In this document: in pieces, positions 1 to 10,338 of the stretch
How positions within the stretch are numbered: the first letter of the stretch is position 1
How the letters are laid out: the number at the start of each line of letters is the position of its first letter
DNA from: a bacterium
GTDB taxonomy: Bacteria; Patescibacteriota; Saccharimonadia; UBA4664; JBBRNT01
Reading direction: 5' to 3'
Assembly (NCBI GenBank): GCA_043767845.1
Contig: JAYUFZ010000008.1
Location: 4,242 to 68,241 of the forward strand
Length of the DNA stretch: 64,000 bases
Program-made: the position numbers and the translations under genes
The notes under the pieces: model-generated
What the model saw: only the letters and a program-made list of their open reading frames with translations
The model's database searches: none
Told to the model about the DNA's origin: nothing

Positions 1-93
1 GACACAATCCAACCAAAGAATGAGCCCCCGACCGGACGGCAGCAACCACGCCCAGCTAAGCGCCATACGCGCCTTCAACGGATTAGCCGGCGG

Positions 94-3000
94 TTGAAAA
101 GCCTTATGGTGCATAGCCACTTCAAACCCTCACGACGCACCGTGGCTCTCACCCTGATTGCTGCCATGATGATTCCGCTCGTCACAGCGCTCATAGTCAC
201 AAAGCCTGCCCGAGCGTCTAGCACTGGCCTCATCTCGTCAGGCAAGGGCGTTCTTGCCTACGGCGACACCGGCAATGCCAACAACCCGCGAGTTAGGCCG
301 TGGGCGAGTGGCGCGACCAGCTTTGGTGCCGAGGGCGCGACTGCCTCTTCAATCACCCCGGCGCAAACCGTCATCAAGCAATCACCGACCAGAATCGATG
401 AGTGGATGATGGCGGTTGCCGACACCAGCGGCAACTTGCAGGTCCTCAAGTCGACAGATGGAGGAACCACTTGGTCTAGCGTCATATCCAGCTTCGCGAT
501 TGGCGGCACCGGTACTACCCGGCGGTTCGACTTAGCTTACGAAAGCAATAGCGGCGACGGCGTACTCATATACTCTAGGAACGCTACAACTAATGAGCTC
601 GGCTATCGCACCTGGGCCGGCTCCAGCTGGACCGCTGAAACCACCTACGACCCGGGCGGCACCGCCAATATCGTCACCTGGGTGGAGATAGGCGAACGAG
701 CCAATAGCGATGAACTTGCCGTCGCCTACCTCACCAATGGCGCGACTGATAACATTGGAGCCTTTATCTGGACCGGGAGTAGCAATACTCCGGGCAACGC
801 CACCGGGACAACCTTTGGAACCTGCGATCAGACGGCTGGTACTCCAGATGGCGTCGATAAATGCATGGACATAAACTACGAATCCGCCTCCGGCCGGCCT
901 GTGATGAGCTGGGGCATATCCAGTGCCGGCAATACCACAAACACTATCCGGGCCTCGCGCTGGGATGGATCGGCGTGGACCACCAATACGCTTAATATTG
1001 GTGCAACCGGTGACGACGGCACCTGGGTTGACTGCGAAAGCGACCCCGATCCGACCAGCTTAATTATCGCTTGCAGTAGTTTCGGGGCTTCGACCGCCGA
1101 CGTCCAGGCTTGGACGGTTAGCTCCGGCACGCTCGGGGTGGCCGGCATGGATATAGATACTGCCGCCCATGCTGCTTCTACCGGTCATGCCTACGTGGCG
1201 ACAACATACCTGTATAGCGGTAGTACGTACCGGGCAATTATGATGTATGCCGACGCCGCCGCCGATACGGGCTTTGACTACTCAACATTTAATGGAACGA
1301 CCTGGGCAGTTGAAGTGCAGGCAGCGGCCGGCTATGCCACCCAAGAAGAAAGTATGATTGCCGTCCGCAATGGAGCAACACCGTCCCAAGCATTAGTGCT
1401 CGTTACTGACGCCAGCAATGACCTCTACGCCGAAAAGATTGATATGGATTCCGCCGGCGTTGTGACCATCGCCCGGGCCGACAGCTCCGCCGCCCTGGAA
1501 ACTGTCGTACCCGCCACCCAAGGCTACCCAATGGACTTTGCTTTCGAGCCAGCGCGCCAATCGAGCGTCATCGACCAAAAAGGCTATATATTCGAAAATG
1601 ACGACGAAGATGTGGCTACAGGCGACGCCTACGATGAGAACACCCAACTGGCCGCCGGCAACACAGCAATGTCCATCCAGCAAGGCCGGCGCGTGAATAT
1701 CCGCGCCCAGCTCAACAATAGCGGCGGCGCGCTGGACGGCCACCCGGTCGGGCTATTTTATGACAAGAATGATGGCTATTGGAATAGAGTACGGACCACT
1801 GCCAAACCCAGGACTAGCGCAGGCAGCTGTGATAATACGTTATGGAACTGCAGTACAATCGATACGACGAATGGATCAGGATCAGAGACATCCGTTGCTA
1901 TCGATCCTAACGGTACACCTTGGATATCGAGCGTCGGCGTTGCAGGTGATAGTCTAGTGGTTGGTAAGTACGTGGGGTCTGGCGGAAGCGGTTGTGTTGC
2001 GGGCAATGGATGGCAATGCTTCCTGATAGATGCAGCGGTCAATACCGTGGGTGATAATTCCATAGCTATGGACTCCGCCGGTAACCCTTGGATTTCATAC
2101 TTTAAAGGCACAGGCACAGCCGCCACCTCTGGCTTGGATGTGGCGCGTTATGTTGGATCAGGCGGCACAGGCTGTTCTGGCACAGTCGCTTGGAGTTGTT
2201 CGATTGTTTTGTCAGGCAATACGACTGCTACAAAAAACTCATTGGCTTTTGATAGGCAAGGCAATGCCTGGGTAGCTTACGCCACGTCTCCCACAGGCAT
2301 TTCGGTTGCAAAGTACTCGATTCAAGCTGCAGCATGGACCAACACGCTCGTCGATGCGACTGTCACTGGTTTCAGCGATATTTCAATTGCTTTTGACAAT
2401 GCAGGCTTGCCCTGGATTGCTTACTATGACGCCAATGCCAGCGACTTGAACTTGCGAATTGCTAGAAACGTTGGCACGGGCGGTTCCGGTTGTACCGGTG
2501 GCTCGTCGGCTTGGACCTGCACTGCCATCGATACTACTGGTGATGTTGGTAAGAGCGCTTCAATAGCTATGGATCCCAACGGATATCCGTGGGTGGCCTA
2601 TGGGGACGTGACAAATACTTCGCTCAAGGTTGCCCGCTACGATCCGGCAGGCGGCTACTCGACATGTGCAGGCGGCGTAACCGACTGGGACTGCGTGACG
2701 GTCGATAACGGAGGCACGAACGGGGCCTATGCCTCTATTGCCTTTGATCCATCAGGCAAGGCCTGGATAGCCTATAACGACGATGGTTCGAACAATGATT
2801 TGTGGACAGCAAGATATGTGGGGGGTTCGGCGGGGACAGGCTGTACAAGCGGTTCGAATAATTGGACCTGTGCGTCGATCAATACCACAGGCTCGCAGGG
2901 TCATTATCCATCAATCGCTTTTGACCGTAACGGAAAAGCCACTATTTCCTACCAGGAATACACGTCAAACACCAACCTGCGGTTTGCCCAAATGGCTTAC

Positions 3001-5217
3001 AGCGGCGAAATTCTCATGGCGCCAACTATGGGAGCGGCGGCCGGTGACCCGCTGAACGAATCCCACGCTGATATGACAGCTACAACCGACACGACCAACC
3101 GTGATACAGCCAATTGTATTAGTACTGGCACTTGGAACAACGGGGCGGCCGATGGCGGCCGGGATGCGCTTACTACTTTGCGTGTGGGTGGAGGCACAGC
3201 CGGCAATGGTGGCTGTAGCGAGACCGAGTTTACTATTGATACTTCACAAGCCGTCGTAGGCACCACCTACCGCTTCGTGTTAGCCATTGACGACTCAAGT
3301 ACGAAAGAGAGGAGTCCTTGGCATGGGCCGTCGACCATAACCCAATATCCGACCATAACCGTAACCCCCGACGGCAGCGTCCGATACGGCAAATCGGCGC
3401 TGTATGAACCAGGCACGGCCGACTGTACGGCAGATACCAGTTGGACCTGTGGGCCAGTAAGTACTTGGTCCGGAACTTCTGCCTGGAATGAGCTCGCCTA
3501 TGATGCCCCTACGGATACACCATGGCTTGGCTATTACGCATTAAATGCTTCAGCTGCCAAATATGTCGGAGGGGGAACAGGTTCTGGCTGTGGGGCCAAC
3601 GGCTCGACCGACTGGCTATGCTGGTCGGTCGACGCCGGAGGACAGTACTTAAAGTCGGCGGTAGACCCGTCGGGAAATTTATGGATGGCATATTATACTG
3701 CCGGTACTGTTGCCAGCAAAAACTTGGGCGTTGCCAAATACGTCGGCGGGGGGAAGGGTACTGGTTGCTCGCTTTCCACCGACTGGACCTGCTGGCTGCC
3801 CGACCAGACCGGAGATGTCGGCAATACGCCAGCTATAACTTTCGGTCCGGATGGAAACCCAACCATTTCGGAGTTCGATGGTACCAATAACGCTGTCAAA
3901 GTAGTGCGTTATGTGGGTACGGGTGGCAACTGTGCGATCACTTCCTGGAGCTGCTACTCGATTGACGCGGCAACCAATAGTAATGGCCACCAAACTGGCG
4001 TCGTTTATGACGATGCCGGGACTGCCTGGATTGCCTACCGCAATAGTGCCGGTACTGGATTAAAAGTTGCCCAATTCGTTGGCGGAGGAGGAGCTGGATG
4101 CACGCTTACAGTTCAGTGGAATTGCGTAACTGTAGATACCAGTGTGGCACCAATAAATATGGGGATGGGAATGGGTCCGAATGGACCTGCTGTCACCTAT
4201 GGTAGTAGTGCCAATATCCTGCGTTACGCCAATTATGTTGGCTCCGGCGGGGGCTGTACTTCGGCAGCTTGGAACTGCATTAATGTTATGAATAACGGTG
4301 GCACATATGCTCAAAACGATACTAGCGTATCATTTGATGCTACAGGTAACCCCTGGATAGCCTTCTTTAGTACGGGGGTACCTAATAGCTCATTCCTCTA
4401 TGCTCGCTATCTGGGCGGTGCTACCACCGGCTCTGGCTGCGGTGGTGGCTTGACAACATGGAGCTGTGTGCCTGTAACTGGTGGCACGAACTCCTATGGG
4501 CAGTTCAGTAACATACTGTTTAATACTTCTGGTGAGCCGATGGTAGCCTACGGTTCGAGTGCGGGGCTGGGCACTATTTCGTTTGCCCGCAAGCGCAGCA
4601 ATATTACTAAGTCCTATTACGACGAAACATCGTCATTCACTCAGCATAATGGCGTCCGTTCCGATGGCCAGTGGCGACTGACGAGCGGGCGTTCACCAGC
4701 TACCTCGAGCGACCAACTCTGCGGCGGGGTGAGCGGCAACGCTGGATACTGCGCAGTCGGAACCGAAGATGGTAGCTATGATTCACTGACAGTTAAGGCC
4801 AAAGAAAAAGCCATGTACACCATGCGCTGGGAATATCCGGCCAACGCCGAAGCCCCAGGCGTGACCTGGGTCGGCAAGTCGACCCTAGCTCCAAGCACTG
4901 CCAGTACCGCCGGCGATTTAGCGCTCCAAGTCTACCGTTTCGGTACCACCAACGCCTGGGAGGATGTGGCAACTGATACTGCTAGCACAGATTGCACGGT
5001 CCGCTGTTCACTTACCGGTATGCCAGTCACGGGCGCAGTATCAGACTATTACGAAGCAAGCGGCTCGGTCTACTTCGCTTATTTCCGACTTATTCAACGC
5101 GAAACCACTGCCGCCTTCACACTCTCAACCGATAGCTTCAAAGCCGAGCAGACAGCCAAAGCCCTGCGCGGCGGCCAGTATTTCCGCGACGGCCAGAAGA
5201 CGCCGCTGAACTATTAA
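94..5217 (+). CDS. Giant secreted/surface protein with an Asp-box region and two predicted 7-bladed Cys-stapled beta-propellers
   Basis: 1707 aa with an N-terminal signal peptide (VALTLIAAMMIPLVTALIV..ARA). Asp-box-like KSTDGGTTW; 2 x 7 repeats of S-I-A-F-D-x-x-G-x-P-W-I-A-Y..ARYVG..C..W-x-C; Gly/Ser/Thr rich. Confidence 0.85.
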   Translation: MKSLMVHSHFKPSRRTVALTLIAAMMIPLVTALIVTKPARASSTGLISSGKGVLAYGDTGNANNPRVRPWASGATSFGAEGATASSITPAQTVIKQSPTRIDEWMMAVADTSGNLQVLKSTDGGTTWSSVISSFAIGGTGTTRRFDLAYESNSGDGVLIYSRNATTNELGYRTWAGSSWTAETTYDPGGTANIVTWVEIGERANSDELAVAYLTNGATDNIGAFIWTGSSNTPGNATGTTFGTCDQTAGTPDGVDKCMDINYESASGRPVMSWGISSAGNTTNTIRASRWDGSAWTTNTLNIGATGDDGTWVDCESDPDPTSLIIACSSFGASTADVQAWTVSSGTLGVAGMDIDTAAHAASTGHAYVATTYLYSGSTYRAIMMYADAAADTGFDYSTFNGTTWAVEVQAAAGYATQEESMIAVRNGATPSQALVLVTDASNDLYAEKIDMDSAGVVTIARADSSAALETVVPATQGYPMDFAFEPARQSSVIDQKGYIFENDDEDVATGDAYDENTQLAAGNTAMSIQQGRRVNIRAQLNNSGGALDGHPVGLFYDKNDGYWNRVRTTAKPRTSAGSCDNTLWNCSTIDTTNGSGSETSVAIDPNGTPWISSVGVAGDSLVVGKYVGSGGSGCVAGNGWQCFLIDAAVNTVGDNSIAMDSAGNPWISYFKGTGTAATSGLDVARYVGSGGTGCSGTVAWSCSIVLSGNTTATKNSLAFDRQGNAWVAYATSPTGISVAKYSIQAAAWTNTLVDATVTGFSDISIAFDNAGLPWIAYYDANASDLNLRIARNVGTGGSGCTGGSSAWTCTAIDTTGDVGKSASIAMDPNGYPWVAYGDVTNTSLKVARYDPAGGYSTCAGGVTDWDCVTVDNGGTNGAYASIAFDPSGKAWIAYNDDGSNNDLWTARYVGGSAGTGCTSGSNNWTCASINTTGSQGHYPSIAFDRNGKATISYQEYTSNTNLRFAQMAYSGEILMAPTMGAAAGDPLNESHADMTATTDTTNRDTANCISTGTWNNGAADGGRDALTTLRVGGGTAGNGGCSETEFTIDTSQAVVGTTYRFVLAIDDSSTKERSPWHGPSTITQYPTITVTPDGSVRYGKSALYEPGTADCTADTSWTCGPVSTWSGTSAWNELAYDAPTDTPWLGYYALNASAAKYVGGGTGSGCGANGSTDWLCWSVDAGGQYLKSAVDPSGNLWMAYYTAGTVASKNLGVAKYVGGGKGTGCSLSTDWTCWLPDQTGDVGNTPAITFGPDGNPTISEFDGTNNAVKVVRYVGTGGNCAITSWSCYSIDAATNSNGHQTGVVYDDAGTAWIAYRNSAGTGLKVAQFVGGGGAGCTLTVQWNCVTVDTSVAPINMGMGMGPNGPAVTYGSSANILRYANYVGSGGGCTSAAWNCINVMNNGGTYAQNDTSVSFDATGNPWIAFFSTGVPNSSFLYARYLGGATTGSGCGGGLTTWSCVPVTGGTNSYGQFSNILFNTSGEPMVAYGSSAGLGTISFARKRSNITKSYYDETSSFTQHNGVRSDGQWRLTSGRSPATSSDQLCGGVSGNAGYCAVGTEDGSYDSLTVKAKEKAMYTMRWEYPANAEAPGVTWVGKSTLAPSTASTAGDLALQVYRFGTTNAWEDVATDTASTDCTVRCSLTGMPVTGAVSDYYEASGSVYFAYFRLIQRETTAAFTLSTDSFKAEQTAKALRGGQYFRDGQKTPLNY

Positions 5218-5228
5218 TTTTTTAGGCC

Positions 5229-5723
5229 TCAGCGGCTCGTTTTGACGAACCCCCGTAGTATGGTCTTCATATCTTCGGTATCGATCCGGCCAGGATAATT
5301 AATAAGTACCCAGGTCTGGCCAGCAATGAGCGTAGCCGTGGTCCGATCTTCAAAAGTTACAATGTAGGCCTTGCCCAAGTCGGTCGTAAATTCCTCGTTG
5401 CCCTTGAGTGAACCATCATCAAAGTCCTTTGGATAGGCTTGCTCGGTAACAACTAGCAGATCTTGTGCGTTACTAGCAATCGAATAGACCACCACGCCTT
5501 TGCTACCATTCATTTGGCTCAATTCTAACTTATAGCCTGAAGGTAGCTTTTCGGGGAATAGGAGCGGAAAGCTGATAGTTTTTTGCACTTCGGTAAACAT
5601 CCGCCTCGATGTGCCGAGTGACCAGCGCCACCATAGGAGGCTGCCGATAAGACATATACCTGCCAGCAGGATCAAACTGTAGATTAGTTTTTTTGATAGC
5701 ACATGTTTCATCTGTTCTATCAT
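5229..5723 (-). CDS. Membrane-anchored hypothetical protein (DUF4367-like, P-x-x-L-P-x-G-Y motif)
   Basis: N-terminal TM helix; LLFPEKLPSGYKL motif resembles the C-terminal domain of 17809..19284. Confidence 0.6.
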   Translation of the reverse strand: MIEQMKHVLSKKLIYSLILLAGICLIGSLLWWRWSLGTSRRMFTEVQKTISFPLLFPEKLPSGYKLELSQMNGSKGVVVYSIASNAQDLLVVTEQAYPKDFDDGSLKGNEEFTTDLGKAYIVTFEDRTTATLIAGQTWVLINYPGRIDTEDMKTILRGFVKTSR

Positions 5724-5758
5724 AGCAAAGTATTGCTAGGCGATCGCCTGCTGCGGCA

Positions 5759-6787
5759 TTATTGGATGAACATACTATCGCCGTAAGATAAGAATCCGTA
5801 GTCCCCAGCCAGTGCCTCGGCATAAGCCTTTTGGAGATTTGGCCAGCCGGCAAAGGCGGCGGCCAACATCAGGACCGTTGACCTGGGGGCGTGGAAATTG
5901 GTAATCAATGCGTCTACAATCTGGAATTCGTAACCTGGGTACATGAATATATCGGCCTCACCGCTCAGCGAATCGCCCGGGAAGCGTAAGTCACCAACCG
6001 CATACTCCAGAGTACGGGCGACAGTGGTGCCAAGCGCCACTACCCGGCGACCCGTACCCTTGGCAAGAGCAATCTCATAGCGGGTCTCGGCTGGGATTAG
6101 ATAGAACTCAGCATGCATTTTGTGTGTCTTTAAGTCATCAACACGTATTGGTAAAAATGTGCCAAGCCCAACGTGCAGCGTGAGGTAGGAAATAATTACG
6201 CCCTTTGCTTCGAGCGCGGCGAGCAGTGCAGGTGTCATATTGAGCGAAGCAGTCGGCGCCGCAACTGATCCTGATTGCGTGGCAAATGTCGTTTGATAAC
6301 GAACCTCATCGTCGGCGGTGGCATCCCGCTTCATATAGGGTGGCAGGGGAGTGTGGCCGGCTTTTTCGGCGAGCGTGTATAAGTCAGTGTCTGATTCAAT
6401 CTCGGCCAGCCCGCCCGCTAATACTTTTTTGACGAGTATCTGCTGTCCTTCAATTGTTAGCTGATCTCCAACTTCTAATGAGCCTCGATAAATAACCTTG
6501 GCCCCCAAAACAGGCCCACTGTTACCATCATGCTTTTCGGTTAGTAGTAGCTCCTGGCTCATCCCGGCAGCATTTTTGGCAATCAGTCGGGCCTTGATCA
6601 CTTTGGTATCATTGAGCACCAGCACATCGCCTTCATCTAGTAGATCTAGCAGATTAGAGTAGCTTTGATGGCTTATTACTCCATCCCCACGTCCCAGTAC
6701 CAAAAGCTTAGCCTGACCACGGATGGCTGGAGGGTGAGTAGAGATCCGGTCCTTTGGTAAATGGTAATCAAAATCACTAGTAAGCAT
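5759..6787 (-). CDS. queA: S-adenosylmethionine:tRNA ribosyltransferase-isomerase
   Basis: SDFDYHLP, LVLNDTKVIKARL, PLPPY, RYQT, GSVAAPTA, TLHVGLGTF, TNFHAPRST, FLSYGDSM motifs. Confidence 0.97.
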   Translation of the reverse strand: MLTSDFDYHLPKDRISTHPPAIRGQAKLLVLGRGDGVISHQSYSNLLDLLDEGDVLVLNDTKVIKARLIAKNAAGMSQELLLTEKHDGNSGPVLGAKVIYRGSLEVGDQLTIEGQQILVKKVLAGGLAEIESDTDLYTLAEKAGHTPLPPYMKRDATADDEVRYQTTFATQSGSVAAPTASLNMTPALLAALEAKGVIISYLTLHVGLGTFLPIRVDDLKTHKMHAEFYLIPAETRYEIALAKGTGRRVVALGTTVARTLEYAVGDLRFPGDSLSGEADIFMYPGYEFQIVDALITNFHAPRSTVLMLAAAFAGWPNLQKAYAEALAGDYGFLSYGDSMFIQ

Positions 6788-6851
6788 GATCCATAGTTTA
6801 GCCCATTACATGAGTCTCGTCACGACTCGGGTCATGGTGTATGATAGCAAT

Positions 6852-7442
6852 ATGTCAAAAACCGTACGTAACCCGAATAACCGCCCCCGACCCAGACCAG
6901 CTTTTGTGTTACTCATTGCGGCTGTGGCGGGATTGGTAGTTTGGCAGGTAGAAGGGAAGTCACCACTCGCCAGTAGCATAGCTAAGATTCAGCCAGGGAC
7001 ATATCTAGTGAGCTACGTGGACGATGGCGATACCATCCGGGTGCGCGACAGCCTCGGGCACGAAAACACTGTCCGGCTCATCGGCGTTGATACCCCCGAG
7101 GTTAAGGATCCTCGCAAGCCAGTGCAGTGTTTCGGCGAGGAGGCCAGCAACTTCACCAAGCGACAGCTTAGCGGACAGCGCATCCGGCTGGTAAGCGACC
7201 CGCTATCGGCCGACCGCGATAAATACAGCCGCCTGTTGCGCTACGTGTACCTAGGGGACGGCACCTTCTTCAACACCAAGCTGGTGGGCGATGGCTACGC
7301 CTTTGCCTATGTTGTCTTCCCAAACAGCCATCTAAGTGAATTTGTGGATCTGGAGCGCCAGGCGCGAGACCAAAATAAGGGGCTTTGGGCCGGCTGTGGT
7401 GTTAACGATAGCAGTAAGATCAAGCAGACAACTGGGCGCTAG
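6852..7442 (+). CDS. Membrane-anchored thermonuclease (SNase family)
   Basis: DGDT, VRLIGVDTPE, DKYSRLLRYVY, KGLW motifs and a TM segment. Start moved to ATG 6852, 6 nt after TATGAT. Confidence 0.92.
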   Translation: MSKTVRNPNNRPRPRPAFVLLIAAVAGLVVWQVEGKSPLASSIAKIQPGTYLVSYVDDGDTIRVRDSLGHENTVRLIGVDTPEVKDPRKPVQCFGEEASNFTKRQLSGQRIRLVSDPLSADRDKYSRLLRYVYLGDGTFFNTKLVGDGYAFAYVVFPNSHLSEFVDLERQARDQNKGLWAGCGVNDSSKIKQTTGR

Positions 7443-7829
7443 TTAAGCTTCAGCCCCTGGTTTGCCAATTTTGGCCGAGATAACCACTTGGCGAATCTCG
7501 CCTTCACTATCTTTGATCTGGGTATCGTGGGTTTCATTGTAGTAGGTTACCAGGTGGTGGCTCATAATCTCGCCAAGGTCTTTGAGCTTAAACTTGATCT
7601 CATCCAACTCAGTGTTGATAACCTGGTAGTCTTTATCTTCTTCCAGAATTTTTTTGGCAGCAGTGCGTTTGAGCGTCAGTGTCTTGAGCTCTTCGGCTAT
7701 CGCCCGGTAATCATCATTTTGCTCCATAATATCCTTGAGATCCTGACCCATCCGCTTGGCCTTACCGCGAGTTTCAGAAATTTCGAGCATTAAGCGATGG
7801 ATAGCATCTATTGTCTTTTCGTCTTCCAT
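7443..7829 (-). CDS. Hypothetical coiled-coil protein
   Basis: 128-aa charged helical ORF with AAGGAA upstream and a TTGACG-18-TAGGCT promoter-like site. Confidence 0.7.
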   Translation of the reverse strand: MEDEKTIDAIHRLMLEISETRGKAKRMGQDLKDIMEQNDDYRAIAEELKTLTLKRTAAKKILEEDKDYQVINTELDEIKFKLKDLGEIMSHHLVTYYNETHDTQIKDSEGEIRQVVISAKIGKPGAEA

Positions 7830-8008
7830 GTATTCCTTCTTGGTTCTTAATTTGGTTTTACTTTCACTAATCTGTAGCCTATCAGGTGAGAGGGTAGGGC
7901 GTCAATAAGCATAAGAGTCTAAGGAATGAGGCGGAAGTCTACGATATGCGTATCCGCTTTGAAAGCTAGATTCTTATCCTGATTTGTAACAGCCTGTATA
8001 ATACGCAT

Positions 8009-8869
8009 ATGAACTCGATTCCCATTTATCAAACCCAAGGCCTCGGGGCACCACTTTTTCCAAAGGTGCTCTGGAACCGCCCAGTCAGCCGCCACAGCGG
8101 CGGGCGACTTTTGGTGGTCGGCGGACGGCCCGAAGGCGTAGCTCTACTGCAGACCATCTATAGCATGGCCGAAGCCTATGGCCTGGGTGCCTGCGAGCTG
8201 GTAGTGCCCGATGCCCTTACCCGGCTGCTGGCTTCCAGTGGCGTAGCGCACTTCGTGCCGTCAACTCCATCACACACCCTGGCCAAGATTGGCCTTGGCC
8301 AGATTCTCTACAAGGCCGAAGACTACGATGCTATGCTACTAGCGCCATCAGCCGGCAATAATAGCGAGACGTCACTGTTACTCGCAGCAATAATTGGCAA
8401 AACTAACTCCAGGTTGATCATCGCCGATGACGGCCTACCGACAGCTCTGCTTGACCCAACTACACTAGTCCGTCAGTCTCCGACGCTCCTCATACTCACT
8501 ATGCAGGAAGTTTTCAAGCTGGCTGGAGCGCTGAGCATTGGTATACACATTCGACCAGATGGGGGACTCATTAATAAGCTTGAAATAATCGAGGATATCG
8601 TGCGTGAATTGCCGGTCGATTACGTGATCTACGGCGGTACCGATCTAATAATTGCAGCCGGTGGCAACCTCTCGGTTACTAGTCTTATGGTGCCTATTCC
8701 GGGCGCTGCCATTGGCCTCTTCTCGGCCGCTTGGGTTCAAAACCCCTCTCAACCATTCGAAGGCCTAACGACCGCCGCCTATGTCCTAGCCAAAGCCCAA
8801 GCCCTGGCCGAATCGAACAACCCCACCGACCTGCGCAAAACTATCCCCAGGGCTCTGGAGATTGAGTAG
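8009..8869 (+). CDS. Divergent YjeF C-terminal/NnrD-like (ribokinase-fold) protein
   Basis: GGRLLVVGG and DYDAMLLAP motifs and overall size fit NnrD; the canonical GTGD motif is not seen. Confidence 0.6.
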   Translation: MNSIPIYQTQGLGAPLFPKVLWNRPVSRHSGGRLLVVGGRPEGVALLQTIYSMAEAYGLGACELVVPDALTRLLASSGVAHFVPSTPSHTLAKIGLGQILYKAEDYDAMLLAPSAGNNSETSLLLAAIIGKTNSRLIIADDGLPTALLDPTTLVRQSPTLLILTMQEVFKLAGALSIGIHIRPDGGLINKLEIIEDIVRELPVDYVIYGGTDLIIAAGGNLSVTSLMVPIPGAAIGLFSAAWVQNPSQPFEGLTTAAYVLAKAQALAESNNPTDLRKTIPRALEIE

Positions 8870-8910
8870 CGGCGGCAGCGACTAATAATTCTAATATTCC
8901 GAAAATTCTC

Positions 8911-8944
8911 AAAAAAAAAGGCCCAGGAGATAGCTCCTGGGCTT
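8911..8944 (-). terminator. Intrinsic terminator of 8947..10338
   Basis: Minus strand GCCCAGGAG-CTAT-CTCCTGGGC followed by a long T run. Confidence 0.85.
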
Positions 8945-8946
8945 AA

Positions 8947-10338
8947 TTACCGAATCAGCTTGGCGGGCACTTGGCCTCGGCGCAAGACATCGCCGAAATG
9001 CGAGGTCAAGCCGACTTGCCCAATGAGCTTAATGCCAAAGCCCTCTAACCGGGCTGTGAGGCAAAGCGCACGCAATTTCTCCAACCCCTCTGAGGCGGCA
9101 AACGAGACCCAAGACGCCGGCTCTCCCGGATAGATGATGCTGCCGTAGGACTCCGACGCGCCGACGTGGAGCTGCAAAAGCCAAGCTTGCTGGCCGTCGA
9201 AAGCCCACTCGAAGCGAACTGGCCCATCGAACTTGCCAGTCAGACGCAGCCACAAGTCGTAAACCGCCAGCCTGACTTCTTCCGGCAGTTCAGCACTCGG
9301 CGGCGCGGCGCCTACCATGAAGTTGCTGCCCTCGCCAAGCTGGCCCTCGATCACCACTTCTCCACTGGTAGTAGTTAGCGCCGCCCCCGACCAGCGGCTA
9401 GCGATACCATCCTGGACTAGTATCGAGGCAATGCGCTCTCGATCGGGATCTTCACGAGCCATCAGCTCAAATGGGTCGAGCCAGCCACGCTTTGTAGTAA
9501 ACAATCCCGGTACTTGGACTCTCGGACAGGTTCTGACCCATCGATCGGTATCGGCATTTACTCGCAGGCCAAACTCGAAGTGGGGGACTGTGCGACCGAA
9601 AACGACAGTTCGCGGTACAGCAAACCCCTTCAAATAAGCCAGTAGGATGCCGTAGGCCTTATCGCCGAGGTACTGGCTATACAGATTCGGCCAGCGTGGC
9701 GGCTCAGGACGCGGGGGCAGCGAGCCGCTCAGTTCTTCGGCCTGCCAGATAAGCTGACGTTGAGCTAAGTAGCCAACCGGTCCAGGGTGTACCGAGAACT
9801 CAACCCGAACACTGGAAGCGTAAGGAATATCTAGGTTGAAACCGTAGACTGTGCGCACCAGGGCATGGGCCAAATCGCGACCAAGCACCGCCGTGCCTTC
9901 TTTCTCTACGCAACGCGGCGTGTCACAAGCGGCGAATTCGCACAGGTCTCCATACAATACGCCCGAGAAGCCACCGTCGTTTACATCTATGGTCTCATGG
10001 ATGATGATGTAGTAACCCTGCTGCATCATTTGCTGGGCTGTCTCTGCCGCCAGCTCAGGATTATCGGCACTAAAACCACAACTTGGCCCGTAGTAAAAGG
10101 GATTGCCGTCCGGCTGATCGGGTGTGAACGTCCGAATATTGACGTTGCTAGCACCACCGACATACAAGGCATTTACGGCATCAAGTGGCTGTGGCAGAGT
10201 CGAGTCGGACACTATGCCGCGAACGCGACTAAAGCGCTTGCTACCGTCTGGCGCGTACGACACAAACATGGCGACATTGCCACCACGGGTGGCCACCTGG
10301 TCGATAGCTTCATCTTTCAATACTTGCTGGTCGCTCAC
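8947..10338 (-). CDS. Orphan hypothetical protein, possibly with tandem ATP-grasp/PPDK-N-like domains
   Basis: GTG start after an AAAGGAG SD. Two halves ending in VRVEFS..LIWQ and VRFEWA..WLLQ, reminiscent of the ATP-grasp IEW..LLQ signature; LGDKAYG motif. Confidence 0.6.
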   Translation of the reverse strand: MSDQQVLKDEAIDQVATRGGNVAMFVSYAPDGSKRFSRVRGIVSDSTLPQPLDAVNALYVGGASNVNIRTFTPDQPDGNPFYYGPSCGFSADNPELAAETAQQMMQQGYYIIIHETIDVNDGGFSGVLYGDLCEFAACDTPRCVEKEGTAVLGRDLAHALVRTVYGFNLDIPYASSVRVEFSVHPGPVGYLAQRQLIWQAEELSGSLPPRPEPPRWPNLYSQYLGDKAYGILLAYLKGFAVPRTVVFGRTVPHFEFGLRVNADTDRWVRTCPRVQVPGLFTTKRGWLDPFELMAREDPDRERIASILVQDGIASRWSGAALTTTSGEVVIEGQLGEGSNFMVGAAPPSAELPEEVRLAVYDLWLRLTGKFDGPVRFEWAFDGQQAWLLQLHVGASESYGSIIYPGEPASWVSFAASEGLEKLRALCLTARLEGFGIKLIGQVGLTSHFGDVLRRGQVPAKLIR

